Below are positions 36,272 through 45,564 of a stretch of DNA of 64,000 nt, piece after piece (position 1 is the first letter of the stretch; each line of letters opens with the position of its first letter). The position numbers and the translations under genes were made by a program. The stretch comes from a virus: positions 1 to 64,000 of the IMG/VR virus record IMGVR_UViG_3300044736_000016. One strand, 5' to 3'. A model generated the notes under the pieces. It made no database searches. It was not told the origin of the DNA and worked only from the letters and a program-made list of their open reading frames with translations.

Positions 36272-36805
36272 TCACGACGCCTCATCCACGTCGCGATCAG
36301 CCTCGCAGTCTCCGACAGGTGCTGGCGGCACAACCGAAGGCGACGGCAGGGTTGCCTGTCTGATGATCGCCATCACCGTCTCGGTGGCCTCCGCGTACTT
36401 GGAGCCGCGGCTGCGGTTCACCCCGTACACCTGCTCCACGATGAACGGCACGGTGGCTCCGCTGTGGACTAGTTCGATGACCTGCCGATTGACGCTCTCC
36501 GCGATCTCAGGGGCGATCACGGTATTGGTGTCGTGCAGCATCCGAACCTCCGGCCTGCGTAGTGGCTCATTCATGGCCGATGGAGTGATGTCCGTGCCCC
36601 AGTCGAACCCGAAGCTAGCCATCGGCGGAGCCGCCAGATACGCGATGAGTCTGCGCATCGTATCCGGCTCGTCGCGAACGAAGCCAAGGGCACAGTTGCA
36701 GGCATTGCAGATCAGTCCACGTATCTTCCCAGTTTCGTGGTCGTGGTCTACGACCAGTTTCCGGTACTGGGTGCATCCGATGCAGGTGCCGAAGACATTG
36801 CTCAT
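36272..36805 (-). CDS. Recombination endonuclease VII-like nuclease with an extra C-terminal HTH-like domain
   Basis: CIGC...LVVDHDHETGKIRGLICNACNCALG...DEPDTMRRLIAYL. Confidence 0.85.
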   Translation of the reverse strand: MSNVFGTCIGCTQYRKLVVDHDHETGKIRGLICNACNCALGFVRDEPDTMRRLIAYLAAPPMASFGFDWGTDITPSAMNEPLRRPEVRMLHDTNTVIAPEIAESVNRQVIELVHSGATVPFIVEQVYGVNRSRGSKYAEATETVMAIIRQATLPSPSVVPPAPVGDCEADRDVDEAS

Positions 36806-38469
36806 AGGTCATCCTCTCTCGGTTCGTCTTCCATCGGCAGAATGGTCAGCGCAGGCACCGCCTCAGCGCTCGGCGGACGAGGGATCGCACTACGGATCAC
36901 CTCGCTCACCTCGGCGCACGCCGTCACGTATGGTCGCCCGCCCCCCGGCTTGATCCCGTAGATGTCGAGCACGATCTCGGGGACGAGAGACCCTCCGAGG
37001 AACAGTTCCATCACCCGACCCTCCAACACGCGCGCGCGCGAGGGCTCCTCTGTTCCGTATTCGGATGGGGTCGGTCCGGAACAGATCGCGAGCGGCTGGG
37101 AACGGCTCGGGAACAGGGCGGGAACAGTCTGCGGAACAGGCCCGACCGTCAGCCGTGGGCCGTTCGAGGCCAGCATCCGACCCGCCAGAGCGATGGCCTC
37201 GTCGTCCACGCGAGGCACCCAGAGCCGATGCGTTTCGCCCGTCGTCGGTATCACGTAGCACTCGCCTTGGGCCAGCCGCAGGGTGTCGTTCGGCACGCCG
37301 GGAACGAGCATCCGCGCCTCGTCTGGACGCATGCGGTGGATGAAGGCGGCGGCGAGTTGGTTGCGGAACGGGCCGGATTCCCGCTTGCTCCACGTCTGCG
37401 AGATGAACAGCCCGTTGACCATCACCTTGCGTCCCTCGCGGGTGATCGTTCCGGCGTGCTCCGCGATCTCTCCGGTGGTGTCCTCGCCGATGACGCGCCT
37501 CCACTCGTCCACGATTGTGAGCTCGGGCTGACCGTCTTCGATGCCGAGCTTGATGCGCCGCTCGATCTCCTCCACGGTCTCGCGCATGGCGAGCAGGATG
37601 TCCTCGTGGTCGAGGGCGATCGGTCGGATGAACGCGGCCTCGAGCGGGCGAAGGCGACCCGTCAGGCTTTTGGCGCTGATCCGTCCGTGGCCGTCGCAGA
37701 GGCGCAGGCCGGTGCCGATCAGGGCGGCTTGGATGCACAGCCATTCCGCGTCGCGAGACTTGCCAGAGCCCTGATGCCCACCCATCCCGGCCGAGTAGAG
37801 ACCAGCGAACATGTCGCCATCCTCGGTCGGCTCGGAGCGGACTAGGGAACTCGTCGCGGGATCCCAGCCGAGGGCGAGGAGTTGGCCGGGGCCGACCTCG
37901 CGGCGCCGGATGAGTTCGGTCAGCGTCGGCACCTTGACGTCGGCGGGGTTGGTGATGACCACCTCGGGCTCAGCGACGGGGCTGGCGATTCGGCGAGAAT
38001 CGTGGACCGCGTAGTGCTGTAGGCCAGCAGGCAGGGCTGGATTCGTCGCTAGCAGGTTGCGGGTCTGCATGGCGCCAGAGTTGATGGCGATTCGCAGTTC
38101 TGGCGTCAGCCCCTGATACGCCACCGCCCCGGTGAGCCTGTCCGGCATGTCACGCTTGCGCCAGAAGTGCCACCCGAGCGCAGCCGGAGATCCGACCGCT
38201 CCCACGAACACCGCAAACAGCACGCCGTCCTCTACCAACCGCAGCCACGTCGTCGGCCGGTCGAAGTGCCACTCGCTGTCTAGCTTGGCGTTTACGGCGT
38301 CGATCTTGGCCTGCCGTTGCTCTTGGCTGAGCCGAAGGTCGGTCTCGATGCGAACCTGCTCTTGTGTCGGGCCGGGGGTGGTGATCGCAGACCAGCAGAA
38401 GCCAATGCCGCATGCGCAGAACCCGGCAGCTGCGAGAGAACCGGCCCAGCGGACGTGCGAGTGGCTCAC
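36802..38469 (-). CDS. Membrane-anchored FtsK/TraB/HerA-superfamily ATPase
   Basis: Two TM segments; GGHQGSGKS Walker A; EEIERR; TIVDEW Walker B; TREGRKVMVNGLFISQ; GTGA-coupled start at 38469. Confidence 0.78.
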   Translation of the reverse strand: MSHSHVRWAGSLAAAGFCACGIGFCWSAITTPGPTQEQVRIETDLRLSQEQRQAKIDAVNAKLDSEWHFDRPTTWLRLVEDGVLFAVFVGAVGSPAALGWHFWRKRDMPDRLTGAVAYQGLTPELRIAINSGAMQTRNLLATNPALPAGLQHYAVHDSRRIASPVAEPEVVITNPADVKVPTLTELIRRREVGPGQLLALGWDPATSSLVRSEPTEDGDMFAGLYSAGMGGHQGSGKSRDAEWLCIQAALIGTGLRLCDGHGRISAKSLTGRLRPLEAAFIRPIALDHEDILLAMRETVEEIERRIKLGIEDGQPELTIVDEWRRVIGEDTTGEIAEHAGTITREGRKVMVNGLFISQTWSKRESGPFRNQLAAAFIHRMRPDEARMLVPGVPNDTLRLAQGECYVIPTTGETHRLWVPRVDDEAIALAGRMLASNGPRLTVGPVPQTVPALFPSRSQPLAICSGPTPSEYGTEEPSRARVLEGRVMELFLGGSLVPEIVLDIYGIKPGGGRPYVTACAEVSEVIRSAIPRPPSAEAVPALTILPMEDEPREDDL

Positions 38470-38762
38470 GAAGCAGCCTCGTCCCGACCGCCTCGGAGAG
38501 CGTGCATCCGGGACGCCGGGAGGCTCAGCGACGTCTCCTGCCGGGGGATGCGGTAGACGTCTGGACGGTGGACGATCACGCCGCGGACTGGCTGAGGCGC
38601 AGGGCTGGAGGCCGCGGACTGGATACGGACGAGCGCCCGCACGAACCAGAGCAGGAACAGCGGCACGGCGACGACGGCCACGAGCGTCTGGTACAGCGGC
38701 ACGTGCATGCCCAGATCGAAGGCCACAGCAGCGACGACGAGCAGGGCGGCAGCGGGGATCAT
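38466..38762 (-). CDS. Two-TM membrane protein
   Basis: GGAGGGAG RBS; hydrophobic helices; upstream of the ATPase. Confidence 0.65.
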   Translation of the reverse strand: MIPAAALLVVAAVAFDLGMHVPLYQTLVAVVAVPLFLLWFVRALVRIQSAASSPAPQPVRGVIVHRPDVYRIPRQETSLSLPASRMHALRGGRDEAAS

Positions 38763-39006
38763 TCGTCTCCCTCCTCGGCGTTCGCTGCATCTGCACGGAT
38801 CTCCTCCAGCACCTCGTCCGGGTGGCGCATACCCACCCGGACGCAGGCGCGGATCACCCGCGAGAGCGAGTAGAGCTTTGAGGGCACTGCAACGACGGTC
38901 TGGTACAAGGCGTGGGCTCGGTCCCCCATCTCGCGGAGCCAGTCCCGCTCAGCGTGGGTAAAGTAGCCATGCAGCCCGATGTGCTTGCGCACCCGCTGTG
39001 CCTCGC

Positions 39007-39237
39007 TCAGTAGCTCGCGGTGAGGCGGTAGCGGGCCGGGGTGCCGTTGCCGTCGCCCGGGACGTGGTCGATGCGGACGAGCGTTGCCGCACCTCCCTTG
39101 CTGGTGCGGGCGCGCAGCCGTCCGATCCGCTCGTGCAGGTCGACCAGCGGCATCTCCCCGCCGATGGTGATGGCGACGTCTCGGTGCTCCTCCTCCGTGA
39201 ACTCTGCGTCGAGGGTGGCCTTGGGGGTCTTCGCCAT
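39007..39237 (-). CDS. Hypothetical protein
   Basis: GGAG RBS; first gene downstream of operator copy 4. Confidence 0.6.
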   Translation of the reverse strand: MAKTPKATLDAEFTEEEHRDVAITIGGEMPLVDLHERIGRLRARTSKGGAATLVRIDHVPGDGNGTPARYRLTASY

Positions 39238-39316
39238 GGTTGGGTCTCCGTGGTGGTGGTTGATGCTGCGGACTATACAGGGTCATGAGGCCGTGAGGCT
39301 ACGGGGTCGGACCATC

Positions 39317-39333
39317 ATGGCATTCCGATGCCT
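39317..39333 (-). promoter_or_regulatory. Operator copy 4
   Basis: Reverse complement GGCATCGGAATGCCAT is identical to 18238-18253. Confidence 0.6.
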
Positions 39334-39765
39334 CGGGCGCGCCTGTACGGGCGTGGTGCGGGCTACGTGCGTGCGTGCGAGGATCGCGGGTCAGATGCGA
39401 GGAGCAGAGCAACACCAGAGACCACGGGTTTGCTCACGACTTGCACATCACCACTGCGCATGGTGTATCTTTCGCAGCGTGACGGCTTGCACGGATTGGG
39501 AAGGTTGCCCGCCACAGAGAGGCGGTGGATCAGCGACCCACCCACTCCGCACCTCTCCACACTCATCCGCAGATGAGGAGCAAGCCGCCGGGAGACCGCG
39601 AACGACAGGCGCATCCCGCACCACCATGCTGACTGACGATGTTATGGCACTTGCAGCGGAACTCTTTGACGATCTGCGCTCCCAACAACTTCCATGGACT
39701 TGCCCAGCGTGTCAGGCAGTGATGCTGGCGAAGTGCTCCGAGGGTATCGAGGCGCGAGCGCAGCC

Positions 39766-40551
39766 GTGAGCACAGAGCCGAAGCCGTTGTGGCAGATAAT
39801 GCCCGAGATGAGCGAGGCAGAGTTCCAGCGGTTCGTGAACCGGATCGCTGCGCATGGATACCTGTCCAGCCAAGAGGTGCTTGTCGACCGCGATGGCCAG
39901 ATCATCGACGGCCACCACCGGGCTCGGGCCTGTGCGGCACTGGGTATCGAGTATCCGCGCCGCGTTCTTGACCAGGAGATGACCGACGACGAGAAGTGGG
40001 AGATCGTCTGGCTCATCAACGTCTCACGCCGTCACCTGACCCTCGATCAGCAGCGTGACCTCGTCCGCCAGTGGTTGAAGCGGCACCCTGAGACCTCCAA
40101 CCGCAGCGTGGCAGCCGACGTAGGTGTGGATGACAAGACTGTCGGCAAGATCAGGGGCGAACTGGAGGCGTCTGCGGAAATTCCGCAGACGGTGCGTCCC
40201 CACCAGCGTCAGGACCAGAGGCGCAACGGTGTGCCTACCGACGATCCGGAGCCTGACACCGTCGAGGCTGACGAGCGCGAGTTGATGACCGACGTAGCCG
40301 ATCACCGCAACGGAGTGTGGTTCGAGGTCACCATCGGGTATCCGGCTCCGAGCCAAGTCGCACGCCAGCGTGGCGACCTCCCCTACTCGCGTGAATCCGA
40401 GCGCCGTGAGTGGCACTCCACGCGGCTGTACCTGACCGCTCCAGCCCCACAGTCCCTGATGGATGGCGCCTCGGTGGTGAAAGAACTCGCCGAATCCCTC
40501 TGGCGTCAGATGCAGGCCGACCCCTTGCTCACGATGCTGATCCATGCCTGA
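39766..40551 (+). CDS. ParB/Srx N-terminal domain plus HTH protein
   Basis: PEMSEAEFQRF..RIAAHG...VLVDRDGQIIDGHHRARAC..LG; NVSRRHLT; SNRSVAADVGVDDKTV. Confidence 0.85.
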   Translation: MSTEPKPLWQIMPEMSEAEFQRFVNRIAAHGYLSSQEVLVDRDGQIIDGHHRARACAALGIEYPRRVLDQEMTDDEKWEIVWLINVSRRHLTLDQQRDLVRQWLKRHPETSNRSVAADVGVDDKTVGKIRGELEASAEIPQTVRPHQRQDQRRNGVPTDDPEPDTVEADERELMTDVADHRNGVWFEVTIGYPAPSQVARQRGDLPYSRESERREWHSTRLYLTAPAPQSLMDGASVVKELAESLWRQMQADPLLTMLIHA

Positions 40552-40744
40552 GACGCGCCCGACCTTCGCCGATGAGGTGGACGCCATGCTGATGGCAGAG
40601 CGTGAGCCACCCGCCTACAACATGGCCGCCTCCTGCGTGACGTGCGGCGTGGAGATGCAGCCCGAGTCGGTGATCGCTGAGGTTGGCGCGGTGAACTGGC
40701 AGTGCCCGACGTGCCATGTGGTGGTGAAGGTGCGCGTCCGGTGA
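40544..40744 (+). CDS. Zinc-ribbon hypothetical protein
   Basis: CVTC...CPTC. Confidence 0.5.
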   Translation: MPETRPTFADEVDAMLMAEREPPAYNMAASCVTCGVEMQPESVIAEVGAVNWQCPTCHVVVKVRVR

Positions 40745-41200
40745 GCGACCCAGTCATCACCGTTGGTCTTCGCGGACATTCGTGGATGCCTCAGTGGAAG
40801 TGTCCTCATTGCGATTACACCGTGAAAATCGCCGCATGCAGAGATATCATCGCTGGTCTGAGAGGAGCCATTGCGCTTCACAATGCAGTGGAGCACGGTG
40901 GCCCCGGTAAGGTGTGGAGCAGCCCCGAAGTGTGGCCCAAGACTTCATGACGATCGCGGAAATGTCAACCGAGCGCCGACGAGCCCGCACCTGGACACAC
41001 AGCGGCTGGACCGTCGCGACGCATGGCGGCATACCGGTGGCCTTCGCCCGGTATCCGTGGCTGCGCGACCCGTTCCACTACCGCGACGGTGGCCCCGCAG
41101 AACCCGGTGATCTCACAGAGCACGAACTCTCCGAGCACACATGCGGACTACGCGGCCCTGATGGTCGGCTGCTCTGCTCGCTGATCATTGCAAGGACAGG

Positions 41201-41509
41201 ATGACCGTGACCGATACGCCCGCAGCGCAGAACGCCTACCCCCAGCTCGTTGCCCGCTACCGCGACGCTCGTCGTCAGTACCGTCAGCCCGGTGTGTCCA
41301 ACTCTGCGGCTGCACTGGGCATGGACGAGCAGGAATACTGCCGCAGGTTCGTCGCGGAGTTGGGGCCGATCGTCACGCAGACCAGCACGGTAAGCATGGC
41401 GAACATCGCGTGGCTCGAGGGTGCGGCATACGACGAGGCAGGGCTGCAAGATGCACGTGCGTCGGCGCTGAGCGAGACGGTCGGACGCGCTGGTCAAGTC
41501 AAGCCGTGA
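41201..41509 (+). CDS. Hypothetical protein, paralog of 47457-47759
   Basis: VARYRDARRQYRQP...EYCRRFVAELG. Confidence 0.7.
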   Translation: MTVTDTPAAQNAYPQLVARYRDARRQYRQPGVSNSAAALGMDEQEYCRRFVAELGPIVTQTSTVSMANIAWLEGAAYDEAGLQDARASALSETVGRAGQVKP

Positions 41510-41603
41510 AACGCGACCGTGATGAGCAGGAGGACCGACGCGACCAGCCCACACCCATCGTCCTGCCTCTGCCCTTGCCCCAACCTGCGGAGCCTGTGCC
41601 GGT

Positions 41604-42215
41604 ATGAGCCCGCCGATCATCGGATACCGCGCATGGCGGGTCGTTGGTGACTACCGGCTGCAGAGCGTCTTCACGCTCGCTCGATGGCCGGTGAGGGATC
41701 GGCTGGAGGCAGAGTGCCGCCTACCGAATACGGCGATCAGCCTAGCACCCACTACTAGCCACACCGCGCCTTCCCTCGAATGCTCCTGCGGCATCTACGC
41801 GCGGACGACGCTCGCCGGTATCTTCGATGAACTCTGGCGTGGTGGTATGGCGGGAGAACACTCGGTCATCGTCGGAACCGTGGCCATGTTCGGCAGCACG
41901 TACCATGGCAAGGCGCATCCACACACCATCAGGGCACAGTACGCTCAGCCGATCTGCCTGCTTGCGCCCGACGCGTGGTATCCGTTCCGCACTCCGGTAG
42001 AGACACTGAGCGAACCGCCGACCGACATCGACATGACGGGGTGGCGCAGTACTCTAGACCGTGTCTCGGAGCAGTATGGCCTGCCCATCGTGGCGCGCTC
42101 TGGCATCGAGAAGTACGCTGCGGAGTTCGGCGAGCCGCTGAGATCGGCCGGGGATGAGCGGGTCACACGTGCAGCGGAGGAGCCACGCTGGCGCTCGTGG
42201 TGGCCGTGGGGATGA
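41604..42215 (+). CDS. Conserved hypothetical protein
   Basis: IIGYRAWRV...HTAPSLECSCGIYA...IRAQYA motif recalled from actinobacterial/phage proteins. Confidence 0.75.
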   Translation: MSPPIIGYRAWRVVGDYRLQSVFTLARWPVRDRLEAECRLPNTAISLAPTTSHTAPSLECSCGIYARTTLAGIFDELWRGGMAGEHSVIVGTVAMFGSTYHGKAHPHTIRAQYAQPICLLAPDAWYPFRTPVETLSEPPTDIDMTGWRSTLDRVSEQYGLPIVARSGIEKYAAEFGEPLRSAGDERVTRAAEEPRWRSWWPWG

Positions 42216-42330
42216 GGGTTCCGAACACCTACCCGCCGAGCATCCTGCGCTCGTGGTGGCTCTGGGTGTGGCGGCCGTGGACACGACCGATGACGTGGGA
42301 ACGTACCGTCAGGAGCATAGAGCCACGCTG

Positions 42331-42825
42331 ATGCCTGGCCGGTCCTGCACGTTGTGCCAACACCCATCCCGCGGAGAGATCGACAAGGCATTGGTACGCG
42401 GCGAGACGCTCAGGGGGATCGCGGCACAATTCGGCACAAGTACCGGCACACTGCAACGTCACAAGGTTGACCACCTTCCCGTGATCCTCGCCGAGGAGGC
42501 GCGACAGGCAGCCGAAGTAGCAGATACGGAGATCGTGGACTATGCCGCCGATGTGCTTCGCGACCTCATCGACACTCGCGCCGACGCTAGGCAAGGTGCC
42601 AAGAACGCTCTGTCGGAGGGACGCTTCGCAGGCGCCGGAGCACTCCTCGCTGTCCGTCTCAAGGCCAACGAACTCCTCGCCGAGCTTGAGGGGAGACTGA
42701 ACCGCACCCCGCAGGTCAACGTGCTGGTGCAAATCCGTGATGCCTTGGCCGATCTTCCACCCGAGATGCGCGCCGTGATCGCTGACAGGCTGGACCGTAT
42801 CGAGGCCCACGGGCCGGCAGCGTGA
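42331..42825 (+). CDS. Terminase small subunit (putative)
   Basis: CTLCQHP..EIDKALVRG..LRGIAAQFG.S...LQRH HTH; immediately upstream of the TerL ATPase. Confidence 0.7.
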   Translation: MPGRSCTLCQHPSRGEIDKALVRGETLRGIAAQFGTSTGTLQRHKVDHLPVILAEEARQAAEVADTEIVDYAADVLRDLIDTRADARQGAKNALSEGRFAGAGALLAVRLKANELLAELEGRLNRTPQVNVLVQIRDALADLPPEMRAVIADRLDRIEAHGPAA

Positions 42826-42831
42826 TGCACA

Positions 42832-43659
42832 GTGGCTGCACTGTTCTCACACGCCCGCAGACTGGCTGCCGCGCTCGACCCTGTCATCCGGATGCGACAG
42901 GCTGGTATCACCGCTGACCAGTGGCAGGAGATTCTTCTACGTAGCACTGCGCAGCGGATCATCATCCTCGCATCCCGCCAAGGGGGGAAGTCGACCGTCG
43001 TTGCTACGGACGCCTTGCATGTCGCTGAGCAGGACCCGCCCGGCGACGTCATCATTGGCGCGGTCAAGCAAGATCAGTCAGCGGAAATGCTTCGGAAGTC
43101 CAAGACGATCTACGGCATCACGGGCAGCATCTTCGAGGACGAACTGGACGGCGATCTCAAGGGGAACTCGATTCTCCGGGTGGAGATGCCGAACGGGTCG
43201 CGAATCCTAGCGGTGCCAGGGAAGGCTGGCACTGTGCGATCGTTCACGGCCAAACTGCTGATCATCGACGAGGCGGCCTACGTCCCTGACGACTTCTACA
43301 AGGCCGTCTTCCCCATGCTCGCCGTATCCCACGGCCGCATCATTCTGCTCTCCACCGCGCATGCCAAGTTCGGAGCGTTCTATGACATCTGGACCGAGGC
43401 GCCTGAGTGGGACTTTCGGCTGCCAGCTGAGGCGCAGGAGGAGGCGTGGCTCAAGATCAAGGTGCCGTGGTGGGAGTGTCCGCGTATACGGCCGGCTTTC
43501 ATCGAGGCTGAGCGAGCGAGGTTCGGCAACGCTTACGTGCAGAGGGAGTACGAGTTGGAGTTCGCCGACGCCATCACCGCTGCCTTCCGCACCGAGGACA
43601 TCGACGCCATGGCGCGCGACGACGTGGAGCCGTGGGCGTGCGCAGGGTGGGCGCGGTGA
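42832..43659 (+). CDS. Terminase large subunit, ATPase domain
   Basis: DQWQ, SRQGGKST Walker A, LLIIDEAA Walker B, LLST, VQREYELEF. Confidence 0.9.
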   Translation: MAALFSHARRLAAALDPVIRMRQAGITADQWQEILLRSTAQRIIILASRQGGKSTVVATDALHVAEQDPPGDVIIGAVKQDQSAEMLRKSKTIYGITGSIFEDELDGDLKGNSILRVEMPNGSRILAVPGKAGTVRSFTAKLLIIDEAAYVPDDFYKAVFPMLAVSHGRIILLSTAHAKFGAFYDIWTEAPEWDFRLPAEAQEEAWLKIKVPWWECPRIRPAFIEAERARFGNAYVQREYELEFADAITAAFRTEDIDAMARDDVEPWACAGWAR

Positions 43660-43961
43660 GGACCATCATCGAACTGTGGACTGACGAACGTCGGGTATCT
43701 GGTGGCAGCCCTCAGACGATCCCGGCTCCTGGTCATGGCTGCTGGAGTGAGGGCGATGCCGTTTGGCGGCCACACACCGGAACCGATGACCCTCGCCGCA
43801 TCTGGTGGGATCATGTTCCAGAGGGTCACTGCCCGCTGTGCAAGGAACGGCTCTGCATCGCGGGAAAGCCTTCGGACTATCGTCTGTTCGAGAGCGATGG
43901 CTGGATGCACTGCTGGACCTGCCGATGGTCGGTGAGAATGCGAACGGTGGACACGCCTTGA
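43656..43961 (+). CDS. Hypothetical zinc-binding protein between the terminase halves
   Basis: GTGA overlap; CPLC...CWTC. Confidence 0.5.
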   Translation: MRTIIELWTDERRVSGGSPQTIPAPGHGCWSEGDAVWRPHTGTDDPRRIWWDHVPEGHCPLCKERLCIAGKPSDYRLFESDGWMHCWTCRWSVRMRTVDTP

Positions 43962-43966
43962 CGTTG

Positions 43967-43995
43967 TTGTGGCATCCCACGCTCGCTCCTACCCT
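43967..43995 (+). promoter_or_regulatory. Internal promoter upstream of the terminase nuclease half
   Basis: TTGTGG-17bp-TACCCT, leaderless ATG at 44002. Confidence 0.45.
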
Positions 43996-44001
43996 GCCCG
44001 T

Positions 44002-44217
44002 ATGCTCGACATCGATGCAGCCAACGGTCTCTGGTACTGCGCTGTTCGCGATGGTCTCGTGGAGACGTACGCCGAGGACGCGTCCACATGGGCGCTGACC
44101 GACCGCGGACTGGAGGTTGCCTACCGGCGAGCGTTCACGCAAGGCGCGGATCCAGAGTGCCTGTCAGCGAGCCAACTCATTTCCCTCGCGGTGTACGGCA
44201 TCACGGACATGGGGTGA
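44002..44217 (+). CDS. Hypothetical protein between the terminase halves
   Basis: Leaderless start; WALTDRG wing-like motif. Confidence 0.5.
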   Translation: MLDIDAANGLWYCAVRDGLVETYAEDASTWALTDRGLEVAYRRAFTQGADPECLSASQLISLAVYGITDMG

Positions 44218-44245
44218 GGGCGTCGCCAGCTGGAGACCGGTCCTG

Positions 44246-45094
44246 ATGCGGCTTCGGTTGGGCGTTGATCTTGGAAAACTGAACGACTATAGCGCCGTGA
44301 CCGTGTGCGAGGTGACCGACGCACCCGCAGCGCTGGGGCATGTTACCGCAGCGGACGTGGACGCGATGAGCATCGGTATCGACCCTCTCAGCCCGCTCGG
44401 TATCCTTGGCGTGAGGCATGCGCAGCCCGCGTACGTCGATCCGCTCGACCACCTGCCGGGACCGCGTGTGCCGTCGCTCGAACCGCTCTACACCGCACGC
44501 CACATCGAACGCGCCCCGCTCAATACCCCCTATACCGACGTGGCGATCGGCGTGAGGGTCATCGTCCAGTGGCTCCGGCAGCAGTTTCCTCGCATCGTGC
44601 CGGAACTCTACGTCGATGCCACCGGGGTCGGTATCCCGGTGGTGGACATCCTGCGACGCGAACTGTCAGGCATCCTGCATCGCCTGGTGCCGGTCACGAT
44701 CGTCAGCGGCGATGGGTATCACGACGTGGTCACGGCGGACGGGGCGGACCGCAAGGGCAGGGTGGTGCCGCGGAGTGCGCGTGGGCTGAAGGTCGGCAAG
44801 GGCTTCCTCGTGTCGCGGTTGCAGGCGTTGTTGCAGACGCAGCGCCTTGTCGGTCCGAGGACGATGGTCGCCGAGTTGCAGGACGAGTTGCGGGTGTTCG
44901 AGACGCGGGCGAAGGAGGGGCGGGACCAGTACGGCGCGAAGGTCGGTGCGCACGACGACCTTGTCATTTCGGCAGCGCTCGCCGTGCTGGACAGACCTCG
45001 GCAGGACGCTCGGCGCGTGGTGGAGACGCTGGAGACGATCAGCGGTCCTAGTATCGTCGGCGGCGGGCCGGCGGGGGCATGGGACATCCGGTGA
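44246..45094 (+). CDS. Terminase large subunit, RNase H-fold nuclease domain
   Basis: LGVDLGKLNDYSA, YVDATGVG, HDDLVISAALA. Confidence 0.85.
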   Translation: MRLRLGVDLGKLNDYSAVTVCEVTDAPAALGHVTAADVDAMSIGIDPLSPLGILGVRHAQPAYVDPLDHLPGPRVPSLEPLYTARHIERAPLNTPYTDVAIGVRVIVQWLRQQFPRIVPELYVDATGVGIPVVDILRRELSGILHRLVPVTIVSGDGYHDVVTADGADRKGRVVPRSARGLKVGKGFLVSRLQALLQTQRLVGPRTMVAELQDELRVFETRAKEGRDQYGAKVGAHDDLVISAALAVLDRPRQDARRVVETLETISGPSIVGGGPAGAWDIR

Positions 45095-45564
45095 CCGTAC
45101 TAGTAGACCACGCCAAGGACGCTGGGCTGATCGCTTGCGCGGGTGACAGGTGGATCGGTGGTCACGGGATCACATGCCGCCGTCTCGCCGGCCCGGGGCG
45201 TTGGATCTACTGCAAGTACTGCTACAAGAGCGTCACGCCGTGGACGCTGGAGGAGACCGTACCAGAGACGGGAGTGTGGCGGATGGTCTGCTGCGCAGAG
45301 TGCGGCGCGGGCTTAACGCGGCCTGAGCGCTTCACCGCGCCAGCGTAGGGGCAACCCGTCCCGCGTCCCACGATGCGTCCCACGATGGTACAGGGACAGC
45401 CGACACCGAAGGCCACGCTGAGATCGCGGGTTCGTCGTACCCTGCATCTGCGTGTCCCATCCTTGCGGCCGGTGAACGCCGACACCAAGGCGACCGACAC
45501 CGCTGCGGCCAAGTACCTCCCACCAGCGCAGACCACCGACCACTACCTGAGCCAGTACCTGTAG

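Noticed and set aside
45363-45386. GCGTCCCACGAT x2 upstream of the portal gene
   Set aside because: Only two copies; could be regulatory but nothing else supports it
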